Source of the DNA: an uncultured Chlamydiales bacterium
GTDB taxonomy: Bacteria > Chlamydiota > Chlamydiia > Chlamydiales > Rhabdochlamydiaceae
Direction: 5' to 3'
Assembly (NCBI GenBank): GCA_963700985.1
Contig: OY969554.1
Coordinates: 1,728,001 to 1,792,000 of the forward strand
Length of the DNA: 64,000 bases
Below, piece by piece: positions 9,282 through 18,587 of the stretch. The translations under genes were made by a program, and so were the position numbers. The notes under the pieces are model-generated. The model was not told the origin of the DNA. It ran no database searches and saw only the letters and a program-made list of their open reading frames with translations. Numbering within the stretch: the stretch's first letter is position 1; each line of letters opens with the position of its first letter.

Positions 9282-10032
9282 AAGCCTTCCATGCTGTATT
9301 TTTATAATCTAGTGCTTCCTTTAAAGGGTCATTGGCGGATGTAATGCCACGGCCGACTATGATTAGATCGCTTCCGGCGCCGATGACCATTTCTGGAGTG
9401 TTGTATTGCTGACCCAAGCCATCCTTTGCTGCCCCGCGCTGCACACCAGGGGTCATATGAATAAAGCGCGGATCGTCGATCAGTTTGCGTTGGCAGATAA
9501 AACCAATGACAAAGTCATCATGCTGCTGTGCCATTTCAACTGCTCTGGTTGTATAAGCACCTTGGGCGAGGCTGCCTTTCGAACTCATCTCTGCAAGCAA
9601 CAAAAGACCCCGCTTTTTAGGCATCCCAATTTCTTTTAAGCCTTCGATGATCCCTGGGCCGGGGATAATATGCGCATTTGTGATGTCTGCCCATTGCGCG
9701 ATGCGGTAAATCCCCCCTTGATATTGGTGAAGCACAGTATTGCCAATGTCAGCGAACTTACGGTCTTCAAAAAGCAGAAACTGATGTTTTTCGGCCAGCT
9801 GCGTGAGCTTTTGAGTCACATGCGGAGAAAAATCCTCCAGAATATCGATATGGGTTTTAAGCATACAAATTTCAGGCGCGAGCTTTTCGGTGAAGTTTAA
9901 TAGATCTTCCGCGCGTGTAAAATCCGCTGATATGCAGAGGTTACTGCGCTTTTCTTCCATGAGACGAAAAAGCTTTTTTGACGTGAAATTTTGGCAGAGC
10001 TGGGCTCTTTCCCCGAAAGATAAAGTTTTCAT
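9265..10032 (-). CDS. pyrF: Orotidine-5'-phosphate decarboxylase (URA3-like type)
   Basis: LFEDRKFADIGNT signature; TPGV, LGQQY and IVGRGI motifs. Confidence 0.96.
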   Translation of the reverse strand: MKTLSFGERAQLCQNFTSKKLFRLMEEKRSNLCISADFTRAEDLLNFTEKLAPEICMLKTHIDILEDFSPHVTQKLTQLAEKHQFLLFEDRKFADIGNTVLHQYQGGIYRIAQWADITNAHIIPGPGIIEGLKEIGMPKKRGLLLLAEMSSKGSLAQGAYTTRAVEMAQQHDDFVIGFICQRKLIDDPRFIHMTPGVQRGAAKDGLGQQYNTPEMVIGAGSDLIIVGRGITSANDPLKEALDYKNTAWKAYAARR

Positions 10033-10034
10033 AT

Positions 10035-10625
10035 TTAAGTTTTTAAAACGCTCATGCTCGTTGCAAAAAGGGTGCGATCGATTTTTTCAGCATCATAAAG
10101 TAGGGTAACGAGTTCGGTGAGTGTAATTAAAGCATGCGCATGGATGCCATGGGCTTCGAGATTGGCTTTCGCTCCTTGCTGCCTGTCGACGATTACAATA
10201 GCATCTTTTACTACCAATCCTTCGTCTTTCAAAGATTGGCAGGTTTCAAGAATACTGCCGCCGCTTGTGATGACATCTTCGATGATTAAGCAGGTCTGAC
10301 CCGCTTCATAAACCCCTTCAATACGCTTTTTAGTTCCATAATCTTTAACCTCTTTTCGTCGCAAAATCATCGGCACATCATGTGCCACTGAAAGGCAGGT
10401 AGCCAGAGGCAGAGCTGTGTAGGGAACGCCACAGACTAGATCGAATGAGAGTTGAGCTGCTTTTTCCCAGAGCATTTCAGAAATTCTACTCAGAAGCGCA
10501 GGGTAAGAGATGATGAGTCTCAGATCGAGGTAAATAGGAGATATCTGACCACTTTTGAGGGTAAAAGAGCCAAATTTGACGGCTTGAATTTCAAAAAGCT
10601 CTAAGGCGAGTGTTTGACTATCCAT
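10035..10625 (-). CDS. pyrE: Orotate phosphoribosyltransferase (alternative start 10640)
   Basis: FTLKSGQISPIYLDLR; PRPP motif IIEDVITSGGS. Confidence 0.96.
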   Translation of the reverse strand: MDSQTLALELFEIQAVKFGSFTLKSGQISPIYLDLRLIISYPALLSRISEMLWEKAAQLSFDLVCGVPYTALPLATCLSVAHDVPMILRRKEVKDYGTKKRIEGVYEAGQTCLIIEDVITSGGSILETCQSLKDEGLVVKDAIVIVDRQQGAKANLEAHGIHAHALITLTELVTLLYDAEKIDRTLFATSMSVLKT

Positions 10626-11736
10626 GTGTGTTTTTCTCATGTTTCTGGTGATATCGAAGTGCCAGGAAAGGATCCCACATCATGCCGGTTGCTGTCATGG
10701 CGATATCTGCGCCAGCGTTAAAAAACTGCTCGAAGTGTTCTTCTGCCGTGATGCCACCGCAGCCGAGAATCGTCAATCCAAGCTTCTCTTTTTTATTGAT
10801 GTCGGTAGCTTGAGAGAGGAAATGCAGTGCGGCCTCGCGAATAGGTCCGCCGCAAACACCGGATGTGAGGCGGCTTTGACCTAAAGCCGGTGCGCCTTCT
10901 TTATTTACTACGCGCATACTGACGCTATTGATGCCCTCGATCGCTCTTACGCCTGAGCGTGCGGCGGCAAGAAACACAGCCTGCATTTGCGCCTTGGTAG
11001 GGAACACGCCCATTTTCAAGATGAGCGGAATGGGGTGGATGGCTTGCACGATCGCTTTGCTCATTTTGGCGACGGTATCGGGAGATAGGTAGAGAAATCC
11101 ATCTTTTTTATCCACGTTGGGACAAGAAAAATTGGCCTCAATGATCTGTGCTCCAGCTTCTTTGGCCAGAAGCGCAGCTTGGACAAAGTCAGCTGTAAAA
11201 TCCTCACCTGGACGGTTTGTGCCCACCACAGAAACGATCATCACTTGGCCGGGTTTTAATAAACCATTTGCGCGGGCGATGTCTTGCAGCAGAAAATCGG
11301 GCTCCATCGAAGGCATGCCAAAAGAGTTTGTGACGGCAAGCTGTTCGATGTCAAAAGGCAGCTTTTCAGTTATCTCAGCGCGTTTCTCTTCTTCATCTGA
11401 GGAAACAGGGCCATGCGTGTCGACATAGACCATGTTCGGCAACGGATGCGCAGGATGCTGTTTACTGCGAATCGTTTTGTAGGTAACAACGTCAAAGCCG
11501 AGTTGAGCCGCGAGCTCGATCCACTTAGAAGTGAGCAGCGGGCCGGCTGGAACTCCCAGCTTGGAGGCAACTTTCACACCCAAAAAATCGACCCATTTTT
11601 CTTGGGATGGGAAAATGCGTTTTGGGATTTGATCTTTAAAGAAAGGACCATGCAAAGCGTTATCCAAATATGTCTTTTGAATATCGTAGATGGCAGGATG
11701 ATCTGGATACCAGGTCGGAAGTTCACTTTTGCTCAT
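10618..11736 (-). CDS. pyrD: Dihydroorotate dehydrogenase, class 1-like with N-terminal extension
   Basis: EANFSCPNV catalytic-loop motif, YKT and GCGGI; lies between pyrC and pyrE; start placed at ATG 11736 overlapping the pyrC stop. Confidence 0.8.
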   Translation of the reverse strand: MSKSELPTWYPDHPAIYDIQKTYLDNALHGPFFKDQIPKRIFPSQEKWVDFLGVKVASKLGVPAGPLLTSKWIELAAQLGFDVVTYKTIRSKQHPAHPLPNMVYVDTHGPVSSDEEEKRAEITEKLPFDIEQLAVTNSFGMPSMEPDFLLQDIARANGLLKPGQVMIVSVVGTNRPGEDFTADFVQAALLAKEAGAQIIEANFSCPNVDKKDGFLYLSPDTVAKMSKAIVQAIHPIPLILKMGVFPTKAQMQAVFLAAARSGVRAIEGINSVSMRVVNKEGAPALGQSRLTSGVCGGPIREAALHFLSQATDINKKEKLGLTILGCGGITAEEHFEQFFNAGADIAMTATGMMWDPFLALRYHQKHEKNTHG

Positions 11737-12940
11737 ATACTCTTCCTTTAACAATGGTGTAAACAGGCCATCCTTTAAGCTCCCAACCAGCATAGGGAGA
11801 CCAGCCTGCGCGTGTTTTTAACTCATGATCTTCGACTTTTTTGATTTTATTCAGATCTACAAGAACGAAGTCATCATTGGATGGAATACGAAAGATTTCG
11901 AGGATACGCTCACGCATGAGGCGTACGATCTGAGAAAGTGTTATACGTCCCTGATGATGCGCATCGAGCAGCAAGGGAAAGGTCGTTTCCACACCTGGAA
12001 TGCCTGAAGGTGCTAATCCGTAAGGTTTATTTTTTTCTTCAAGCGTGTGCGGGGCATGATCAGAACCAATTGTATCGATGGCGCCGCGCTGAATTCCGCT
12101 CCAGAGCGCCTCGGCATCTTCTTGAGTGCGCAATGGTGGGTTCATCTGTACTTTTGTGCCAAACTTTTTATAGCTCTCTTCGCTTAAAAAGAGATGGTGA
12201 GGAGTTACTTCGCCAAAGACCGAGACTTTCTCTTTTTTAGCCTGAGCGATGAGCTCGACTTCTTCCTTTGTGCTGACGTGCAGAATATAAAGGCGAGTAT
12301 GATACAGCTGCGCTAGCTTGATCGCTCGGGTGGTGGCAGCAATAGCCGCCTCACGGCAGCGTAATTTTGAATGGATTTGCGGATCTGTCTGTCCGCTAAA
12401 AAGTTCTTTGCGCTGTCTGATAATCTCTTCATCTTCGGCATGCACGGCAACCACTAAATCCAGGCTCTTTGCCAGGCTAAAGATGGCATGCAGGCTGCTT
12501 TCATCATCCATTAAAAGCTCACCCGTAGATGAGCCCATAAAGACTTTGATTCCCACAATATTCGCTTTGCACTTGTAAATCTCATCAAAGTGATTTTTAT
12601 CGGCGCCTAGATAGAGTTGATAACGCAACGGGATGTCGATCTCTTTGAGCTGTGCATCGATTAGCTGTTTTTTTTCTAAAATCCGCTCTTTGGTAGTTGA
12701 AGGAGGTTGGGTGTTAGGCATATCAAACACAGTGGTAATGCCACCGCGAATTGCCGCTTGTGCACCGCTCATCCAGTTTTCTTTGTGTTCCAAGCCAGGG
12801 GTGCGGAAGTGCACATGAGGATCGATTAGACCTGGAAAAAGTGTAAGGCCGGTTGCATCGATGACACGATCCTCTGACGAGGGAAGTTGTTTGTCGATGA
12901 CTTTGCCATCTAAAGTTTGGACGTTTTTAATCTCGATCAC
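11723..12940 (-). CDS. pyrC: Dihydroorotase
   Basis: PGLIDPHVHFRTPG, DMPNT, EVTPHHL, NPPLR and GSDHAPH motifs. Confidence 0.95.
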   Translation of the reverse strand: MIEIKNVQTLDGKVIDKQLPSSEDRVIDATGLTLFPGLIDPHVHFRTPGLEHKENWMSGAQAAIRGGITTVFDMPNTQPPSTTKERILEKKQLIDAQLKEIDIPLRYQLYLGADKNHFDEIYKCKANIVGIKVFMGSSTGELLMDDESSLHAIFSLAKSLDLVVAVHAEDEEIIRQRKELFSGQTDPQIHSKLRCREAAIAATTRAIKLAQLYHTRLYILHVSTKEEVELIAQAKKEKVSVFGEVTPHHLFLSEESYKKFGTKVQMNPPLRTQEDAEALWSGIQRGAIDTIGSDHAPHTLEEKNKPYGLAPSGIPGVETTFPLLLDAHHQGRITLSQIVRLMRERILEIFRIPSNDDFVLVDLNKIKKVEDHELKTRAGWSPYAGWELKGWPVYTIVKGRVYEQK

Positions 12941-13398
12941 GTTTTGTAGTCTCTCACTTCACTTCGTTCAAAAAGCTTTTCACAGAATCCGCAGCGCAAA
13001 AAAATCTTCTGCTTAAATTCTTCGATGAAAAAGAGTGTATTTGCGGGTTCTTTGCGTGTAATGCAGCAAGGGTTAGGGCAAAGAAGAATATTTTCGATGA
13101 CATCAGGCAGGCTTGCTTTCATCTTTTTTTCTACTTTGTAGTTGCGGATGATGCTGATGGTAGCAAGCGGCGCAAATACGGCGATGTCGTGTGCTTCTTT
13201 TTCAGTTAAAAATCGACTTTCAATTTTGATCAGATCTTTGTGCCCCATCGAGCGGCTAGAGAGATTGAGACCCACAGTAGAGCAATTTTGCAGATTCGAG
13301 AGCTTTAAAAGATGGATGATAATGAGCGCAGAGCCTTGCGCGATATGATCGATCACGGTGCCATCTTTAATAGCTGAAACGGAAAGAGTCTTTTCCAT
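12937..13398 (-). CDS. pyrI: Aspartate carbamoyltransferase regulatory chain
   Basis: VSAIKDGTVIDHI, KDLIKIE; Zn ligands CPNPCC and CGFC. Confidence 0.95.
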   Translation of the reverse strand: MEKTLSVSAIKDGTVIDHIAQGSALIIIHLLKLSNLQNCSTVGLNLSSRSMGHKDLIKIESRFLTEKEAHDIAVFAPLATISIIRNYKVEKKMKASLPDVIENILLCPNPCCITRKEPANTLFFIEEFKQKIFLRCGFCEKLFERSEVRDYKT

Positions 13399-13407
13399 AA
13401 AGTTTCC

Positions 13408-14340
13408 TCAATTGATCTTTCCAAGTGTTAGAGCCAGCAGAGCCTGCCGCACAAAAAGCCCATTTTCTGCTTGCTGAAAGTAGTAAGCATGGGGAGTTTT
13501 ATCAATCGCGACTTCTATCTCATTTACGCGAGGCAGTGGGTGAAGCACTTTCAGGTGCGATTGGGCATTTTTTAGTTGGGCCTCTTTCAGAATAAAACTC
13601 TCTTTTACTTTTTCATAGGTCGCTTCATCGAAACGCTCTTTTTGAATGCGTGTTACATAGAGAACATCGACCTTGTCGATCACTTCTTCCACGCTGCGAT
13701 GAAATGAGAACTTTCCACGCAATTTACGCAGTTGATGCAAAATTGTGTCGGGTAGAGTGAGTTCTTCAGGCGAGATAAAATAAAGACGCATATCGAAGAG
13801 CGCGGCTGCATAAGCAAGCGAATGGACTGTACGTCCATATTTAAGATCGCCCACGATCGCGACTTTTAAGCCTTCTAACTTTCCTTGGCATTCTTTGATT
13901 GTGAAGAGGTCTAGAAGAGTTTGGGTGGGGTGTTGATTGGCACCATCGCCCGCATTAATTACAGGCTTATTTGTGGCCAGACTTGCCAGGCGCGCGGCAC
14001 CTTCAAGAGGGTGACGGATAACGATGAGATCGGCCAGTGAGCCAATTACTTTCATCGAGTCATGCAGGGATTCGCCTTTTTTAATTGAAGTAGAGGCGCT
14101 ATCTGAAAAACCGATCACCTGTCCGCCAAGTCTTAGCATGGCCGATTCAAAAGAGAGGCGAGTGCGCGTCGAGGGTTCAAAAAAACAGCTAGCGAGGATG
14201 TTGCCGCGCAGCAGTTCCTTGGCAGGTTTCTTTTTGAACTCAGCAGCACATTTCAGTAGATGCTCAATCTCTTCTTTTGATAGATCAGCAATTGAAATTA
14301 GGCTGCGGTTTTTAAGATTTTTTTTGCTCTGTTTAGCCAT
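13408..14340 (-). CDS. pyrB: Aspartate carbamoyltransferase catalytic chain
   Basis: FFEPSTRTRLSF, NAGDGANQHPTQ and HPLPRVNE motifs. Confidence 0.97.
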   Translation of the reverse strand: MAKQSKKNLKNRSLISIADLSKEEIEHLLKCAAEFKKKPAKELLRGNILASCFFEPSTRTRLSFESAMLRLGGQVIGFSDSASTSIKKGESLHDSMKVIGSLADLIVIRHPLEGAARLASLATNKPVINAGDGANQHPTQTLLDLFTIKECQGKLEGLKVAIVGDLKYGRTVHSLAYAAALFDMRLYFISPEELTLPDTILHQLRKLRGKFSFHRSVEEVIDKVDVLYVTRIQKERFDEATYEKVKESFILKEAQLKNAQSHLKVLHPLPRVNEIEVAIDKTPHAYYFQQAENGLFVRQALLALTLGKIN

Positions 14341-15418
14341 AGTTGCTGGGGGGATAGATGAGTTTCAATGCCGCATCGTAAACTTCCTGCGGGGAGATTT
14401 GCAAGAGGCAAAAGGGCGCTGCACATTTTTTGCGCAGGCATGGCTCGCACGTGCGTTTCTTGGATAAAACTAAGCTATTAGTAGAGAAATAGGGTCCACA
14501 TAATTTAGGGTCAGTTGGACTAAAAAGAGCGACGGTGGGCGTTTTCATCGCAAATGCCATATGCATAGGGCCTGTATCGTTGCTGATCATGACCGATAAA
14601 CGGCGCATAAGAGCTGCTAAAGATCCTAAGCTGAGCTTGCCAGCTAGCGCGCGGGCGCCCTGAATTTTTGAGGCGATGCGTTCGACCAGCTGCTGCTCTT
14701 CGGCATTGCCCGTTACGATAATCTGACAGCCTAAATGGCGCACAAGGCGATTTCCAACCTCGATGAAATGCTCTTCAGGCCAGCGTTTAAACTCATCTTT
14801 TGAACCTGGATGAAGACCCACAAGTGGAAGAATCGAAGAGATCTTCTTTTCAGCTAGAAATTGCTCGGCTAATTTCTCATCTTCCTGAGAAAGCGTAAGT
14901 TCCAAAGAATGATCGAGAATTTGAGCGCCGCATTCTTTGACGATTTTAAGCCGTCTTTCTATCTCATGAATCGCAGACGCATCTAGTGTTTTAGTGAAGA
15001 GAAAATCCAACCCTTTATTAAGGCCGCGCGTACCGATAAACTTTTCAGGGTTTAAAAGTGCACAAAAGGGAAAAATCAAACGTTGCGAGGCGTGGAAGAG
15101 AAGAATTTCACTGATTTCGCGTTTGCGCAAAGCTGAATAGAGCGAAAAAAATGAGAAGAGATGCGGTTTTTTGAATACGAAGAGTTCATCAATGGCTGGG
15201 TTGTTTTTGAGCAGCTCTTTTCCAATAGGACTCGTCAGAACGGCGATGTAGGCATTCGGAAATGATTGTCTTAGTGCGCGGATGCCTGGTGTACCCCAAA
15301 GAGTATCGCCAAGGCCAGTTGTGGTGACCACAAGGAAGCGGCGCGGAGTTTGTATGGCTTTTCTTTTGCTCTTAAAACAGCTCACAAAGGCCTTGAGAAG
15401 AGAATTTTTAAGTCGCAA
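14333..15418 (-). CDS. Glycosyltransferase family 9 (heptosyltransferase-like)
   Basis: GLGD, HPG...KRWP and SNDTGPMHMA motifs; start placed at TTG 15418 with a GGAG RBS. Confidence 0.9.
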   Translation of the reverse strand: MRLKNSLLKAFVSCFKSKRKAIQTPRRFLVVTTTGLGDTLWGTPGIRALRQSFPNAYIAVLTSPIGKELLKNNPAIDELFVFKKPHLFSFFSLYSALRKREISEILLFHASQRLIFPFCALLNPEKFIGTRGLNKGLDFLFTKTLDASAIHEIERRLKIVKECGAQILDHSLELTLSQEDEKLAEQFLAEKKISSILPLVGLHPGSKDEFKRWPEEHFIEVGNRLVRHLGCQIIVTGNAEEQQLVERIASKIQGARALAGKLSLGSLAALMRRLSVMISNDTGPMHMAFAMKTPTVALFSPTDPKLCGPYFSTNSLVLSKKRTCEPCLRKKCAAPFCLLQISPQEVYDAALKLIYPPSNYG

Positions 15419-18400
15419 GATATTCTCTCCATGATCTGATCGGGATCTTTGATACATCGAGCTCACCTAAACACTGCAAGAAGATCTGGGCGATCTGCAT
15501 GTTAGTCACAAGCGGCAGGTGGTGATCGATGGCAAGACGGCGGATTTTATATCCGTCGGTATGAGTATTGGTTCCGCTGGCGCGGGGAATGTTGATGATC
15601 ATGTCTACTTCTTTATTGGCGATAACTGTCATTACATTCGGTTCAATGCGCTCGCTGGCTTTATAAACACAAACTGATGCGATCCCATGTTTTGAGAGGA
15701 AGTCATGCGTTCCTTCCGTCGCATAGAGTTCCCAGCCAAGCTCTTCGAGAAGTTTAAGGGGTTCAAGCAGTTTAATTTTTTTATCGCCACCGATGCTGAC
15801 CAAGAGACGCTTGTTTGGAACAGACTGATCTGTCGCAAGCCATGAGCTAAAGAAAGCTTCGAGTAGATCGCCGCCCAAGCAGGCCACTTCTCCGGTCGAA
15901 GCCATTTCCACGTGTGCAACAGGATCTGCACCTTTGAGACGCTGATAGGAAAATTGTGGCGCTTTTACGCCTACATAAGAGAGCTCGAGCGTTTTGTAGG
16001 GCTTGGGTTTGTGTTTTCCCATGATCACTTGCGTGGAGATCTCGATGAAATTATGATTGGTAACTTTCGAAACAAAAGGAAAAGAGCGCGAAGCGCGGAC
16101 GTTACATTCAATCACCTGAATCGCGTTATTTTTGGCGATAAACTGCATGTTGAATGGACCGGTGATTGCGAGATGTTTGACAATTTCTTTGGTAATTTTT
16201 TTTGCGCGGCGAATGGTTTCAAGATAGAGGCGCTGTGGAGGGAGCACTACGGTGGCATCACCCGAGTGTACGCCGGCATTTTCGATGTGCTCGGTAATCG
16301 CTTCAATGATAATTTCACCTTTTTGCGCCACGCCATCAACTTCTAATTCTTTCGCATCTGTGATGAATTGTGAGATGACTACAGGATGATCGGGCGAGAT
16401 GCGTAGAGCTTCTTTTAAATAGTGTACAAGTTCCGACTCAGAGGCGACCACATTCATTGCCGAACCCGAGAGTACATAAGAAGGGCGAATGAGCAGAGGG
16501 TAACCGACTTTTTCAGCAAATTTTCTAGCATTCTCAAGACTTGTCACTTTTTCCCAGTGCGGTTGATCAATGCCGAGATTTTGAAGAAGAGAGGAGAACT
16601 TTTGGCGGTTTTCGGCAATGTCGATCGAGGCAGCCGGTGTGCCTAACAAAGGGTAGCCCGCCTCATGCAGGGGGATGACTAGGTTGTTGGCAATCTGCCC
16701 GCCAACAGAGACGATCATCCCTTTCGTGCTCTCAAAATCGGCAATGTCTTGCACTCTTTCTAGCGTGAGCTCTTCAAAATAGAGGCGATCAGATTCATCG
16801 TAATCTGTTGAGACCGTTTCGGGATTAGAATTGATGATGATCGTCTCTTCTTTTAGCTTTCGCAAAGCGCGCGCAGTATTCACAGCACACCAATCAAATT
16901 CCACCGAGGATCCGATTGCATAGGGGCCCGAGCCCAGCACGATCACAGGACGTTTTTTCGAAGATTTAAGATCGTGAAACTGTCCATGATAAGTGAGATA
17001 GAGATAGTTAGTTTGGGCTTTAAACTCACCAGCTAGAGTATCGATCTGCTTGACAAAGGGCGTAATGCCCATTTTCAAACGCTGCGCACGCACTTTGCTT
17101 TCTGGGATTTCTTTGCATTTGCCAATCGAGCGATCGGAAAACCCAGCTTTTTTAGCCACATGCAAGAGCTCTTTAGTCAGCGGCTCTTTTTTAAGCTTTT
17201 TCTCAAGTAAGCTGAGCGCAAAGATCTGATCTAAAAACCAGCGATCGATGTGGGAGAGTTTAGCTGCTTCTTCGACGCTTCCGCCGTCACTAAAGAATTT
17301 ATAAAGCGCAAAGAGACGCCGATCGGTAGCGTGGGCGATCTCTTTTTTTACATCTTCGATCGGATGCGGATAGTCAGAGATCGATGAAGCCCCGATGTTG
17401 AGCATGCGCACAGCTTTTTGGATCGCTTCCTGGAAAGAGCGGCCAATGGCCATGACTTCGCCCACGCTTTTCATTTCGGTGCCGATGGTTCGTTCAGCCG
17501 AGCGTAGCTTTTGCGTGTCCCATCTAGGAACTTTTACCACGACGTAGTCGAGCGCTGGCTCAAAGAAGGCACAGGTCTTTTTCGTGATGGTGTTTTGAAT
17601 ATCGGAAAGGCGCCAGCCCAATGCGAGCTTAGCTGCAACAAAGGCCAGAGGATAGCCCGTGGCTTTGGAAGCCAAGGCTGATGAGCGTGAAAGACGTGCA
17701 TTCATCTCGATCACGCGGTAATCGCCATTTGCAGGATTAAGCGCATATTGAATATTGCACTCACCTACAATTTTAAAGTGTCTAGCACAGCGAATCGCGA
17801 TTTCGCGCAAAAGGTGATATTCTTGATTTGTCAATGTGAGCGAAGGTGCAACGACAATACTCTCTCCAGTATGGATGCCCATCGGATCGATGTTCTCCAT
17901 ATTGCAAATAGTCACAGCATTGTCATAGGCGTCGCGTACAATCTCATACTCCAGCTCTTTCCAGCCGGTGAGATACTCTTCGATTAAGATTTGCGGGGCG
18001 CCCGAGAGCGCTTCTTTGGCGCGGCGGGTCAGCTCATCGGCATCGGCAATTTTCCCTGAACCAAGGCCGCCCAGTGAAAAGCCCGAGCGCATCATCACAG
18101 GATAGCCGATCTCTTTGGCCGCGCGCAGTGCCTCAGCTACCGTGGCTGCCGCGCGGCTCTGAGGAGTTTTTACGCCAATTTTTTCTAAATTTTGCTTAAA
18201 TAGCTCGCGATCTTCAGTCAATTGAATCGATTTGACCGAAGTTCCCATGACCTGCACGCCATACTTCTTAAAAATGCCTGCTTCTTCGAGTTTTAAGCCC
18301 AAGTTGAGAGCGGTCTGTCCACCAAATCCGAGTAGCACTCCATCTGGTCGTTCTTTTTCGAGAATGCGTGTGACTACCGGCACAGATAGCGGTTGTAGAT

Positions 18401-18587
18401 AGACCTCATCTGCCATGGAAGCGTCAGTTTGCACGGTCGCGATATTGGGGTTAACCAGAACGCAGGAGATGCCCTCTTCTTTAAGAGCTTTAATCGCTTG
18501 TGAGCCCGAATAGTCGAACTCGCCGGCTTGCCCGATGCGCAGGCCGCCTGAGCCTAGAAGTAAGATTTTTTTGATCTTTTTTTTCAT
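15408..18587 (-). CDS. carB: Carbamoyl-phosphate synthase large subunit
   Basis: IGQAGEFDYSGSQA, duplicated ATP-grasp halves, C-terminal MGS domain. Confidence 0.98.
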   Translation of the reverse strand: MKKKIKKILLLGSGGLRIGQAGEFDYSGSQAIKALKEEGISCVLVNPNIATVQTDASMADEVYLQPLSVPVVTRILEKERPDGVLLGFGGQTALNLGLKLEEAGIFKKYGVQVMGTSVKSIQLTEDRELFKQNLEKIGVKTPQSRAAATVAEALRAAKEIGYPVMMRSGFSLGGLGSGKIADADELTRRAKEALSGAPQILIEEYLTGWKELEYEIVRDAYDNAVTICNMENIDPMGIHTGESIVVAPSLTLTNQEYHLLREIAIRCARHFKIVGECNIQYALNPANGDYRVIEMNARLSRSSALASKATGYPLAFVAAKLALGWRLSDIQNTITKKTCAFFEPALDYVVVKVPRWDTQKLRSAERTIGTEMKSVGEVMAIGRSFQEAIQKAVRMLNIGASSISDYPHPIEDVKKEIAHATDRRLFALYKFFSDGGSVEEAAKLSHIDRWFLDQIFALSLLEKKLKKEPLTKELLHVAKKAGFSDRSIGKCKEIPESKVRAQRLKMGITPFVKQIDTLAGEFKAQTNYLYLTYHGQFHDLKSSKKRPVIVLGSGPYAIGSSVEFDWCAVNTARALRKLKEETIIINSNPETVSTDYDESDRLYFEELTLERVQDIADFESTKGMIVSVGGQIANNLVIPLHEAGYPLLGTPAASIDIAENRQKFSSLLQNLGIDQPHWEKVTSLENARKFAEKVGYPLLIRPSYVLSGSAMNVVASESELVHYLKEALRISPDHPVVISQFITDAKELEVDGVAQKGEIIIEAITEHIENAGVHSGDATVVLPPQRLYLETIRRAKKITKEIVKHLAITGPFNMQFIAKNNAIQVIECNVRASRSFPFVSKVTNHNFIEISTQVIMGKHKPKPYKTLELSYVGVKAPQFSYQRLKGADPVAHVEMASTGEVACLGGDLLEAFFSSWLATDQSVPNKRLLVSIGGDKKIKLLEPLKLLEELGWELYATEGTHDFLSKHGIASVCVYKASERIEPNVMTVIANKEVDMIINIPRASGTNTHTDGYKIRRLAIDHHLPLVTNMQIAQIFLQCLGELDVSKIPIRSWREYLAT

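Noticed and set aside
14333-15466. Long GT9/carB overlap in the ORF track
   Set aside because: A TTG at 15418 with a GGAG RBS gives an ordinary short overlap.
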